Source: a virus
Virus record (IMG/VR): IMGVR_UViG_3300042569_002054
Length of the DNA stretch: 64,000 nucleotides
Strand: one strand, 5' to 3'
Shown here: positions 26,931-36,277 of the stretch, piece after piece
How the letters are laid out: each line of letters begins with the position of its first letter
Position numbering within the stretch: position 1 is the stretch's first letter
Position numbers and translations under genes: made by a program
Notes under the pieces: model-generated
Databases searched by the model: none
The model's input: only the letters and a program-made list of their open reading frames with translations
What the model was told of the DNA's origin: nothing

Positions 26931-28691
26931 TTACTTACTATTGATTTCGTTAAGTATTTGTTCAACAATATCTACAGAATTTTCATCTATATCACCCATA
27001 ACCGTACCAATAATCTGTTTCTTCTTTATAAGAATGTCGTAGATAACACCTTCAATCGTGTTTTCAAATAGTGGGTAGTATATTGAAACTGAATTTTTTT
27101 GTCCGTATCTGTACGCTCTGTCTTCAGCCTGACTATGTTCTGCGGGAACAAATGATAAGTCATTCATAATAACGGCTTCACCTGCCGTGAGTGTTAATCC
27201 AACCCCTGCGGCTTTCATGTTACCACAAAAAACTTGTATTTTATCACTCTCCTGAAACTTGTCAACGGCATCTTGTCTTGCAGGTTTTGATGTTGAGCCG
27301 TCTAAATAAACAGATTTTTTACCAAAATGTTCGTGTATCTTTTTAAGTGGTTCAGTAAAGTTACTGAAGATAATAACTTTCTTACCTTGCTCAATAATGT
27401 TCTCAGCAAGTTCAATAGTAATCGGTATTTTTTCTTCGGCGATAACTTGTCTTACTTTCATCAATTTTGTAAACTGAACAGATAATGACTTTGATTCGTC
27501 TTGTCTGTTGTTATACCAATCATAATACTCACCCATCAACCCTTCGTATAATCTTGATTTTAAACGGAGGTAAACAGGTGTCATAATTTTTTCAGGTAAA
27601 TCTAAAACTTCAGTTTTTAATCTTCTTAAAATTTGACGAGAAGTTCTTTCTCTTAACTCTTCTAAATTGGATGCCCCTGTTACATTCCAAATCTTTTTAC
27701 CGCCAACTCTAAACTGATATCCACCACAATATCTAATTGCGTATGCTTGCCAATTTTGACTTACAGGACTATCAATAAGTTTCAAAATATTATAATAATT
27801 CATAGGACGAGAAGTCATTGGTGTTCCCGTTAATAACCAAAGTTTTTTAATGTCCTTGGTTACATCCATAATAATCTTTGTTCTTTGAGCTTGAGCGTTT
27901 GAAACATAATGTGCTTCATCAATAACAACCAAATCAAATTTTGAATTAAGGATTATTGAGTTTAATTTATCTTTTGGGTCGTGGAAGTTTTTAAGTATGT
28001 CGTAATTAAGAATTACATAATCAGCTTGTTCATACTTCTTACCTTCACATATGTAAATTGTTTTATCAGTATAGTTTCTGATTTCTCTTTCCCAATTTAT
28101 TTTAAGTGATGCCGGGCAAATAATTAACACTTTATTCGCCCCACTTTCTAACGACGCAATAACAGTACTTGTTGTTTTACCAAGTCCCATATCATCTGCC
28201 AAGATAAACTTGTCGTTTTTTAATAACTTTTCAATTGCTTCTTTTTGGTGAGCAAGTGGTGGTCGGTTTTCATATTTTGTATAATCAACATCAACCAAGT
28301 TTTCGGTGTATTGTTTAATGACAGCAGCCTTTGGTATCCAAAAATCGTGAATAGTTTCTCCACTAAAAATTTTACCCCAAATGTGATATGATTTATCTTT
28401 CTCAATTAAAATCTTTTCAACATAGATTTTATCAGGTTCCTTAATAAATGGATTATCAGCAACAAGTTTTTGTGAAAAGTATGAGTCAATCTCGACCCAT
28501 TTCTTAGCAACTTTTGGAACTATTAAATTGAAGTCAATAACGTAATCACATTGTGCCCTCGTTGGGAGATACTTCTTATTTGACTCAATCTGTTTCTTTA
28601 ATTTAAGAATATAATTATTTGACCCCTGATAATTTTCAAGAATAGATATTGCTTGTTGTTCAATACTTAAATGTCCTGTGGAAGTTGTCAA
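26931..28691 (-). CDS. SNF2/SMARCAL1(HARP)-like helicase (TTG start)
   Basis: LADDMGLGKT, DEAH, LLTGTP, GVGLTLT, QAEDRAYRYGQ. Confidence 0.9.
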   Translation of the reverse strand: MTTSTGHLSIEQQAISILENYQGSNNYILKLKKQIESNKKYLPTRAQCDYVIDFNLIVPKVAKKWVEIDSYFSQKLVADNPFIKEPDKIYVEKILIEKDKSYHIWGKIFSGETIHDFWIPKAAVIKQYTENLVDVDYTKYENRPPLAHQKEAIEKLLKNDKFILADDMGLGKTTSTVIASLESGANKVLIICPASLKINWEREIRNYTDKTIYICEGKKYEQADYVILNYDILKNFHDPKDKLNSIILNSKFDLVVIDEAHYVSNAQAQRTKIIMDVTKDIKKLWLLTGTPMTSRPMNYYNILKLIDSPVSQNWQAYAIRYCGGYQFRVGGKKIWNVTGASNLEELRERTSRQILRRLKTEVLDLPEKIMTPVYLRLKSRLYEGLMGEYYDWYNNRQDESKSLSVQFTKLMKVRQVIAEEKIPITIELAENIIEQGKKVIIFSNFTEPLKKIHEHFGKKSVYLDGSTSKPARQDAVDKFQESDKIQVFCGNMKAAGVGLTLTAGEAVIMNDLSFVPAEHSQAEDRAYRYGQKNSVSIYYPLFENTIEGVIYDILIKKKQIIGTVMGDIDENSVDIVEQILNEINSK

Positions 28692-28748
28692 ATTATTTTA
28701 ATTAACTATACAACTATAATAATAATCAAAAAAGAAATATTTATCAAT

Positions 28749-29264
28749 ATGTCAAATAGAATAGTTCCAATAACAAGATTAGGTAAATTTTTCGGAGCGG
28801 AAGATTATAACTTAGATATTAGTATGGGGAGAGAGTGGTTAGAAGGTGATATGAACTTCACTCTTGTACTATACCGTGTTGACAAACAGAAAACAAATGT
28901 TGATGATGTGTATGGTGAGGCTTCCGTTGACGGTGTTAAATTTTTACCACCTGTTGAGTTTAAGGCGTTTTTACAAATTGTAGCACCTGAAAATAAATTT
29001 CTTGGGACAAGTAAGATTAATCAGATGGAACCAGGTAACGCTAGGATTTCAGTTTATCAAAAACATTTAGATGAATTAGAAATTGATATTGAATATGGTG
29101 ATTATATTGGTTATTACGAAACTGAAAGTAGAGTTAGATATTACGTGGTTAATAATGACGGACGTGTTGTTTCAGATAATAAACACACATACGCAGGATA
29201 CAAACCTTTTTATAGAACAATAAATGCATCACCTGTAATGGAAAACGAATTTAGAGGATTATAA
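28749..29264 (+). CDS. Neck/head-closure protein, T4 gp14-like (start MSNRIVP at 28749)
   Basis: DDVYGEA; position before gp15-like and sheath genes; TATTTAT motif 4 nt before the ATG. Confidence 0.55.
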   Translation: MSNRIVPITRLGKFFGAEDYNLDISMGREWLEGDMNFTLVLYRVDKQKTNVDDVYGEASVDGVKFLPPVEFKAFLQIVAPENKFLGTSKINQMEPGNARISVYQKHLDELEIDIEYGDYIGYYETESRVRYYVVNNDGRVVSDNKHTYAGYKPFYRTINASPVMENEFRGL

Positions 29265-30316
29265 TGGGATTACCAAAAATTAAAAAAACTTTACCCCTTA
29301 CATACCCACCTATTGGTTATGAGAGAAGATTAGAACTTCTTGAAGATATTAACAAGGATGGAACTTACTTGCCTAAGTCTATTTTACATGAAGATTTGGA
29401 TAGGGGGTTTTTGGATTTTGTTAAAGATGATTTAAAAACTGTTGTTAGTGGTAAAATAATAAAAGTTGTTGATATTTTAATGACCACTCAAAATTGGTCT
29501 CAGTTTACACAAACTTGGGATTTTAACAACATTGATAAAAATGTTGAACCACCGATTATTACCACAGTAAGAACACCTGAAGTGAAATTTGGTACATTAC
29601 CGTCTTTAAAATATACAATACCTAATAGAAAACAATTTTATTACGCTGCGGTACCAACGTGGGATGGTCAAAGAAAAGGTATGGATATATACACAATACC
29701 TCAGCCAGTTCCTGTTGATATAAAATATTCAGTTAAAATTATTTGTAATAGGATGAGAGAATTAAATAAATTCAATCAAACTGTTATTGAAAAATTTTCA
29801 TCTCGTCAAGCTTATACTAAAATAAAAGGACATTATATTCCAATAACTTTAGATGAAATTTCAGATGAATCAATTATGGATGTGGAAAAAAGAAGATACT
29901 ACATACAATCTTACGCTTTTACTTTACAGGGTTTCTTAAGTGATGAAGAAGAATATCAAGTTAAACCTGCAGTTAGTAGAAGTTTAATTTTAATTGAGAT
30001 GGATAACAGAAAGAAAAAAGTAAGAAAAAACGTTAACCCACCTAATCCTGACCAATACGAATTTAATGCTAATTATCCTATTGGGACTACCGCATATACT
30101 CAAACGTTTGATTATACCGCAAACATAAAAATTGAGGGTAGTAAAAATGTTACCTCTTATGAAATATACATTAATGGTTTATATTACGGGAATAGTACAA
30201 TACCGTTATCAACAGGATATATTCAAATTAATAGTGGGGATGTGTTAACATTGAATGTTGTTAAAACAAATAATAGTGTTATTAGTATTATTAATCTTGT
30301 ATCAATAATTCTTTAA
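29264..30316 (+). CDS. Tail terminator/sheath stabiliser, T4 gp15-like, with an extra beta domain
   Basis: Synteny before the sheath; PVPVDIKYSV, FTLQGFL. Confidence 0.55.
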   Translation: MGLPKIKKTLPLTYPPIGYERRLELLEDINKDGTYLPKSILHEDLDRGFLDFVKDDLKTVVSGKIIKVVDILMTTQNWSQFTQTWDFNNIDKNVEPPIITTVRTPEVKFGTLPSLKYTIPNRKQFYYAAVPTWDGQRKGMDIYTIPQPVPVDIKYSVKIICNRMRELNKFNQTVIEKFSSRQAYTKIKGHYIPITLDEISDESIMDVEKRRYYIQSYAFTLQGFLSDEEEYQVKPAVSRSLILIEMDNRKKKVRKNVNPPNPDQYEFNANYPIGTTAYTQTFDYTANIKIEGSKNVTSYEIYINGLYYGNSTIPLSTGYIQINSGDVLTLNVVKTNNSVISIINLVSIIL

Positions 30317-30462
30317 TGTTCACCATAGATATCCTTTTTTTCTTCACAATTTTCTTTAATTAGTTTTTCTAAAAACTTATGAATTTTATAGCCATGTTTA
30401 TTACAATAGGTTTTTAAGGTTTCATGACTCTCAGGGGATATTTTAATGTTCTTAATTTTCAA
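30313..30462 (-). CDS. 49-aa ribbon-helix-helix DNA-binding protein (not in ORF track)
   Basis: TTG start; MKIKNIKISPESHETLKTYCNKHGYKIHKFLEKLIKENCEEKKDIYGEH gives a beta-strand + helix-G-helix pattern. Confidence 0.65.
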   Translation of the reverse strand: MKIKNIKISPESHETLKTYCNKHGYKIHKFLEKLIKENCEEKKDIYGEH

Positions 30463-30492
30463 GGTAGAAAAAAGGTAGAATTTATTCCTACC
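30463..30492. promoter_or_regulatory. Three GGTAG boxes (two direct, one inverted): candidate RHH operator
   Basis: GGTAGAA at 30463 and 30474 (11-bp period), CTACC at 30488. Confidence 0.5.
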
Positions 30493-30583
30493 AATAGATA
30501 AATAGTTATTATACCTATTAGTTTTTGGTTAAAAACACAATATTTATTAATAAAATAAATTTTTAAAAACATTTAAAATAAAA

Positions 30584-33500
30584 ATGGCAACATCAAACAA
30601 AGTTTTCGTCTCACCTGGTGTATATACATCAGAAAGAGATTTATCTTTTGTTTCACAAAGTGTTGGGATTACCACGTTGGGTATAGCTGGAGAAACCTTA
30701 AAAGGTCCGGCTTTTGAACCAATCTTCATCACAAGTTATGGAGAGTTTGAAACCTATTTCGGCGGTACTACTCCTGAAAAATTTGTGAACACACAAATCC
30801 CAAAGTATGAAGCGGCTTATATCGCTAAATCATACCTTCAACAATCTAACCAATTGTTTGTAACAAGAATTTTAGGATTATCAGGTTATGACGCAGGTCC
30901 ATCTTGGTCTATTACAACTGTCGCAAATGTTGATTGTAATACGGTTGCTCTTACAGGTACACCAACAACATTTACAGCAACATTTGTTGGTACAACTGCC
31001 TCAACTGCAACAGTAACAATTACAGGTTTACCTGCCGGTATAGCAAATGCAACAACTCCTTATACAACATATAGTGGAGGTTCATCAACAATTTACGCAC
31101 AACTCCAAAGTCAAATTTCAGGTGTAATTAGTTCTAATGCTACTTCAGCATCTTCTATCTATTATTTTGGAGCGGTTTCTGGAGCTCAAGTTACAGCAAA
31201 CATTGCGGCAGGATATTCGGCATCTACAAACGTATTTGGAGTTAATGCAATAAGTGCGTCAAGTATTGATTATTGTTCTGAAGTTAATGATGTATGGTAT
31301 TATGCGACATTCACACCTCCGACAACGGGTGAAAATTACGATGGTTATTCATTCTTTAGTAGAATTAGTACAATAACTGGTGCATCAGGTTCTTATAGTG
31401 GTTCTATAACAGGTAATATTTATAACTTCTCAGGTTTAACTTATTCAGGTTATAATGATTTGGTTGTTGCAACTTTACGTTCAAGAGGTATTACAAACTA
31501 TTCAACTACACAAGACGGGCCTGATTATCAAGTAACAGGTACTTCGGATGTTCAAATGATTTGTACAGGTTCTTATTCAGGAGTTACTAAAAATCCATTT
31601 AGTACATTTTTAATTTCAGGTTTAACTTATGAAAATTCAGCATTCCAATTTGAAACTTCGTTTAATGCAGGTAACGCTAACTATATTGCTAAAGTATTTG
31701 GTGTTGAAAACTTTGCTAAAGATAGAACTGAAGTTCCATTGTTTGTTGAAGAGCGTTATCCAACATTATTAAATTACGGTTATAACAAAGGTTATATTCG
31801 TGGTTTAAATTGTAGTTTAATTTCTTTACCTGAAGCTAGAAATAATGATACATCATCTATAGCTTATTACCTTGAACAATACCAAACACCTGAATCTCCA
31901 TGGGTTGTTTCAGAATTACGTGGTAATTTAGTTTATAGATTGTTTAAAGTTTATACAATTGCTGATGGTAATGACGCTAATACTGAAATTAAAGTATCTA
32001 TTGCGAATATATCCTTTAACAATGGTACATTTGACCTTATTGTACGTGATTTCTTTGACACAGATTCAAATCCTGTTGTTTTAGAAAAGTTTACAAACTG
32101 TAGTATGGACCCTGCTGAAAATAGTTACGTAGCTAAAAAAGTTGGTTCATCTGATGGTGAATACGCAGTACAGTCAAAATACATTTTTGTTGAGGTAAAT
32201 CAGGAAGCTCCAGTGGATGCTCTTCCTTGTGGATTTGAAGGTTTTGTTACAAGAACATACTCAGGTGCTAAATCACCATTCCAAATCTTCAAGACAAAAT
32301 ATGATTATCCTGGTGAAGTTATTTATAACCCACCGTTTGGAAATTCATCTAATGGTTCTAACAGTACACCAAGTGCTGGTGATAACATAAGAAGAACTTA
32401 TTTAGGTATTTCTTCAGCGGTAGCATTTTCATCGGATGCACCAGGTTATGACCCTGATTTCTTCCAATACAAAGGGATGCCAAATCCGAATTCGTCAACT
32501 TGTACACCACCTTCTCATGTATATTGGCCAAATGTTACAAAAGGTTTCCACATGGATTCAGGAGCAACTTCTATTGTTATAGCAAATGCTTACCAAAACA
32601 GTGGTCAAACGGCATTTGAAGTTGGAGCTGGGTCGTTTAATTCAGAACCTACGTCACAAACAAGTCCATATTACTTCTTATACTCTCGTAAGTTTACATT
32701 CCTTGTTCAAGCAGGATTTGACGGATGGGATATATACAGAGAATATAGAACAAATGCTGACAGATTCCGTTTAGGAAACACAGGATACAAACAAGGAGCA
32801 CTATCTTGTGCACCGTACACAGATGCTACAGGATGGGGAGCGTTTAAACAAATCACAGTTGGTGATAACACGGTTGATTACGCAAATACTGACTATTACG
32901 CATACTTGTTAGGTGTACAGTCGTTTGCAAATCCTGAAATAACAAACATCAATGTTCTTGTAACTCCTGGTGTTGATTATGTTAACAATAGTGATTTAGT
33001 TTCAGCAACAATTGACATTGTTGAAAACGATAGAGCGGACTCAATCTACATTTGTACAACTCCTGACTTTAACTTGTTCCAACCATCAACTTCAATGGAT
33101 AACTTAATTTACCCACAAGAAGCGGTTGACAACTTAGAAAATACAGGAATTGACTCTAACTACACTGCTACTTACTATCCATGGGTTCTTACTCGTGATA
33201 CTGTAAACAATACACAAATCTATATACCAGCAACTGCTGAAGTTACAAGAAACTTAGCGTTAACTGACAATATAGCTTTCCCATGGTTCGCAACTGCGGG
33301 TTACACAAGAGGTATTGTAAATGCTATTAGAGCAAGAAAGAGATTAACTCAAGAAGATAGAGACACTCTTTACAAGGGAAGAGTTAACCCAATCGCAACT
33401 TTTAACGACGTTGGAACTGTAATTTGGGGTAACAAAACTCTTCAAATTAGAGAGTCAGCTCTTGACAGAATAAACGTAAGAAGATTGTTGTTACAAGCTC

Positions 33501-33775
33501 GTAAGTTGATTTCAGCAGTAGCTGTAAGATTATTGTTTGAACAAAACGATAACTTGGTAAGACAACAGTTCTTAGATTCTGTTAACCCAATCTTAGATGC
33601 AATTCGTAGAGACAGAGGTTTGTATGACTTCAGAGTTACTGTTCAAAACACACCTGAAGACTTAGATGCTAACCAATTAGTAGGTAAGATTTATATCAAA
33701 CCAACTAAAGCTCTTGAATTCATAGATATTGAATTCTTAATCACTCCAACAGGAGCGTCGTTTGAAAATATTTAA
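30584..33775 (+). CDS. Contractile tail sheath protein (gp18-like)
   Basis: FVSPGVYTSERDLS; C-terminal PWFATAGYTRG, VNPI, WGNKTL, RINVRRL, EFIDIEF. Confidence 0.95.
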   Translation: MATSNKVFVSPGVYTSERDLSFVSQSVGITTLGIAGETLKGPAFEPIFITSYGEFETYFGGTTPEKFVNTQIPKYEAAYIAKSYLQQSNQLFVTRILGLSGYDAGPSWSITTVANVDCNTVALTGTPTTFTATFVGTTASTATVTITGLPAGIANATTPYTTYSGGSSTIYAQLQSQISGVISSNATSASSIYYFGAVSGAQVTANIAAGYSASTNVFGVNAISASSIDYCSEVNDVWYYATFTPPTTGENYDGYSFFSRISTITGASGSYSGSITGNIYNFSGLTYSGYNDLVVATLRSRGITNYSTTQDGPDYQVTGTSDVQMICTGSYSGVTKNPFSTFLISGLTYENSAFQFETSFNAGNANYIAKVFGVENFAKDRTEVPLFVEERYPTLLNYGYNKGYIRGLNCSLISLPEARNNDTSSIAYYLEQYQTPESPWVVSELRGNLVYRLFKVYTIADGNDANTEIKVSIANISFNNGTFDLIVRDFFDTDSNPVVLEKFTNCSMDPAENSYVAKKVGSSDGEYAVQSKYIFVEVNQEAPVDALPCGFEGFVTRTYSGAKSPFQIFKTKYDYPGEVIYNPPFGNSSNGSNSTPSAGDNIRRTYLGISSAVAFSSDAPGYDPDFFQYKGMPNPNSSTCTPPSHVYWPNVTKGFHMDSGATSIVIANAYQNSGQTAFEVGAGSFNSEPTSQTSPYYFLYSRKFTFLVQAGFDGWDIYREYRTNADRFRLGNTGYKQGALSCAPYTDATGWGAFKQITVGDNTVDYANTDYYAYLLGVQSFANPEITNINVLVTPGVDYVNNSDLVSATIDIVENDRADSIYICTTPDFNLFQPSTSMDNLIYPQEAVDNLENTGIDSNYTATYYPWVLTRDTVNNTQIYIPATAEVTRNLALTDNIAFPWFATAGYTRGIVNAIRARKRLTQEDRDTLYKGRVNPIATFNDVGTVIWGNKTLQIRESALDRINVRRLLLQARKLISAVAVRLLFEQNDNLVRQQFLDSVNPILDAIRRDRGLYDFRVTVQNTPEDLDANQLVGKIYIKPTKALEFIDIEFLITPTGASFENI

Positions 33776-33793
33776 TCAACGATAAAATAATTG

Positions 33794-33820
33794 AAAACCC
33801 TCACGAAAGTGGGGGTTTTT
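33794..33820 (+). terminator. Rho-independent terminator with GAAA tetraloop
   Basis: AAAACCCTCAC-GAAA-GTGGGGGTTTTT. Confidence 0.85.
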
Positions 33821-33842
33821 ATTTTACATAATATTTATAGAT

Positions 33843-34658
33843 ATGAAAATATTTTTAGTAGAAGAATTTGATGAAGAAATCACACCCGATTTAAAATATT
33901 ATGCTTTTGATTGGGATGATAATATTCTTACAATGCCGACACAAATAATACTTCGTACCGAAGATAATAAAGAAGTTGGTATGTCAACGGAAGACTTTGC
34001 GGAATATCGTGTAAAAGTTGGAGTTGAACCTTTTGAATATAAAAATAAAACAGTTGTTGGATTTGCTGACGACCCGTTCAGAAATTTTGGAACCAAAGGG
34101 GATAAGAGGTTCATTATTGACGCAATGATGGCAAAAGAAGGTCCAGCATGGGACGACTTTGTTGAAGCGATTAATGGGGGTTCAATCTTTTCAATAGTTA
34201 CCGCAAGAGGACATTCACCATTGGCTTTACGTAGGGCGATTGAAAATATGATTGAAACTAATTTTAAGGGGATATCTAAAAAAGAATTAGTTAAAAATTT
34301 AAGAAAGTTTAGAAAGTTTGCAGGTGAAGAAGATATGACGGACAAAGAACTTATAAATGCTTATATGGATATGAATAAGTATTATCCTGTAACATTTGGA
34401 GCCGGTTCTGCCCAAAGTCCTGAAAAAGGAAAGGTTGAAGCTTTAAGAGAGTTTCAACAGTATGTAAAATATTTGGCAAACTTATTAAAAAAACCAATAA
34501 TGTTTAAAGATGATATTAGTAATAGATTTATACCTAAAATAGGTTTTTCAGATGATGATTTAAGAAATTTGGAAAAAGTTAAAGATGAATTATCAAAAGA
34601 CCCAGAAAATATTATTCAAACAATATCAACACATGGAGGAGAAAAGAAATTATATTAA
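33843..34658 (+). CDS. HAD-superfamily phosphatase-like protein
   Basis: FDWDDNI (motif I), VTARG (motif II), GFSDDD..N (motif IV). Confidence 0.7.
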   Translation: MKIFLVEEFDEEITPDLKYYAFDWDDNILTMPTQIILRTEDNKEVGMSTEDFAEYRVKVGVEPFEYKNKTVVGFADDPFRNFGTKGDKRFIIDAMMAKEGPAWDDFVEAINGGSIFSIVTARGHSPLALRRAIENMIETNFKGISKKELVKNLRKFRKFAGEEDMTDKELINAYMDMNKYYPVTFGAGSAQSPEKGKVEALREFQQYVKYLANLLKKPIMFKDDISNRFIPKIGFSDDDLRNLEKVKDELSKDPENIIQTISTHGGEKKLY

Positions 34659-34774
34659 TATTTATAAACTGGACTTATAGCAAGTTTGACTGAAAAAAAG
34701 TTCAAAGTAAATAGAAAAATATTTAATTGAGACTATTTATAATAAAATAAAAGAAAATTTAAAAACAAAATAAT

Positions 34775-35263
34775 ATGGCTGATTTGTTAACCAAAATGCC
34801 CTTTCCATATGAACCCAAAAAGAAAAACAGGTTCATTTTGAGATTTCCTGATTCGTTGGGAATAAACGAGTGGTTTGTTCAATCTGCGGCTCGACCTAAA
34901 ATTACTATTAAATCAAATGATATTCCATTCTTGAATACCAAAAGATATGTTGCGGGTATGTATGAGTGGAACACTATTCAGGTTAAACTTCTTGACCCAA
35001 TCGGGCCATCAGCAGCTCAGGCTATGATGGAGTGGGTAAGATTACATGCTGAAGAAGTTACAGGTCGTATGGGATATGCCGCGGGTTACAAAAAAGACGT
35101 AGAACTTGAAATGTTAGACCCAACAGGTGTTGTTATTGAAAAGTGGTCATTAATACAATGTTTTTTAACTGACGTTGATTTTGGTAGTGTATCATATTCT
35201 GAAGATGGATTGGCTGATATCACTTTAACTCTTCGTCCCGACTATTGTGTATTACTTTACTAA
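34775..35263 (+). CDS. Tail tube protein (gp19-like)
   Basis: 162 aa after the sheath; EPKKKNRF, EWVRL, YKKDVELEMLDP.G.VIEKW. Confidence 0.85.
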   Translation: MADLLTKMPFPYEPKKKNRFILRFPDSLGINEWFVQSAARPKITIKSNDIPFLNTKRYVAGMYEWNTIQVKLLDPIGPSAAQAMMEWVRLHAEEVTGRMGYAAGYKKDVELEMLDPTGVVIEKWSLIQCFLTDVDFGSVSYSEDGLADITLTLRPDYCVLLY

Positions 35264-35284
35264 TATTACTACAAACTTTATATT

Positions 35285-35310
35285 AAAACCCACAGAAATG
35301 TGGGTTTTTT
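35285..35310 (+). terminator. Rho-independent terminator with GAAA tetraloop
   Basis: AAAACCCACA-GAAA-TGTGGGTTTTTT. Confidence 0.85.
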
Positions 35311-35311
35311 A

Positions 35312-35340
35312 TTTACATAAAGATAATTTTAAACTATGTT
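35312..35340 (+). promoter_or_regulatory. Sigma70-like promoter TTTACA-N17-TATGTT
   Basis: Immediately after the terminator, 13 nt before the ATG at 35354. Confidence 0.4.
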
Positions 35341-35353
35341 TTAAACAAAAACT

Positions 35354-36106
35354 ATGGAAGATAATAGTGTAAATCAAATGAATTTCAACTTACCTCACGA
35401 CGTAATTCAATTACCGAGTCAGGGAAAATTTTATAAAAATAAAAAAAAGTCGGTTAAAGTTGGTTTTTTAACTGCTGCTGATGAAAATATTTTAGCAAGT
35501 GCTAGTAACGTTGGTGGAGACCAAATAATTTATAATTTAATCAGAAATAAAGTTTATGAACCTGATTTGAAGATTGAAGAAATGTTAGATGGCGACATCC
35601 AAGCAATTTTATTGTTTTTAAGAAATACATCATTTACACCTGAGTATAAATTAAATTTAATTGACCCTGAAACACAAAAACCTTTTGAAGTTTCTATTGT
35701 GTTAGATGAAATTAACTTTATTAAACCATTAGTTAACCCTGATGAAAATGGTTATTTTGAAACAATTCTTCCAAAATCTAACGTAAATGTAAAATTAAAA
35801 ATTCTTAATTTTGGTGAAATTAAAGAATTAAACGAAAGAGAATTATCTTATCCAAAAAACATGACTGTTCCAGTTGTAACTTGGAGATTACAAAAACAAA
35901 TAGTATCAATAGACGGGAATACCGATAAGGGGGAAATTGTTAAGTTTATAGAAAGGATGCCAATTATGGATTCAAAGTACATTACAAGATTTTTACAAGA
36001 AAATTCACCAGGATTAGATTTAACACAAGAAATTATAGCCCCATCTGGAAAAAAGGTACTTGCACGTATTACCTTTGGGGCAGAGTTTTTTCGACCTTTC
36101 TTCTGA
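35354..36106 (+). CDS. Baseplate hub/tail assembly chaperone (T4 gp26-like)
   Basis: LPSQGKFY, LTAADE; located between tube and tape measure genes. Confidence 0.7.
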   Translation: MEDNSVNQMNFNLPHDVIQLPSQGKFYKNKKKSVKVGFLTAADENILASASNVGGDQIIYNLIRNKVYEPDLKIEEMLDGDIQAILLFLRNTSFTPEYKLNLIDPETQKPFEVSIVLDEINFIKPLVNPDENGYFETILPKSNVNVKLKILNFGEIKELNERELSYPKNMTVPVVTWRLQKQIVSIDGNTDKGEIVKFIERMPIMDSKYITRFLQENSPGLDLTQEIIAPSGKKVLARITFGAEFFRPFF

Positions 36107-36254
36107 TTATTTAGAATATCTTTTAGACGAATACATTTATCTGTCACGACAATTAACAATGTCGTATTCGGACTTTTTAAAAATGCCTACTTTCCAAAGA
36201 AAGTTTTTAATTAACAAGTTGATTGATTTAAATAGTAATAAAAATCAAAGTTAA
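36086..36254 (+). CDS. gp51/gpT-like chaperone extension, probably reached by frameshift from the upstream ORF
   Basis: YIYLSRQLTMSYSDFLKMPTFQRKFLI resembles gp51-type motif; no ATG before the conserved part; overlap at TTTTTTCGA. Confidence 0.6.
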
Positions 36255-36277
36255 GTTATTTATTAATAAAACATTTT

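Noticed and set aside
1-28691. Giant virus (NCLDV) origin suggested by sugar genes, PolB, SNF2 and eukaryote-like RNR
   Set aside because: Contractile tail and baseplate genes, sigma70-type promoters and intrinsic terminators indicate a tailed bacteriophage
34659-34733. Small RNA between the two TATTTATA motifs upstream of the tube gene
   Set aside because: Only a weak ACTT/AAGT stem and no terminator; tandem promoters explain it more simply
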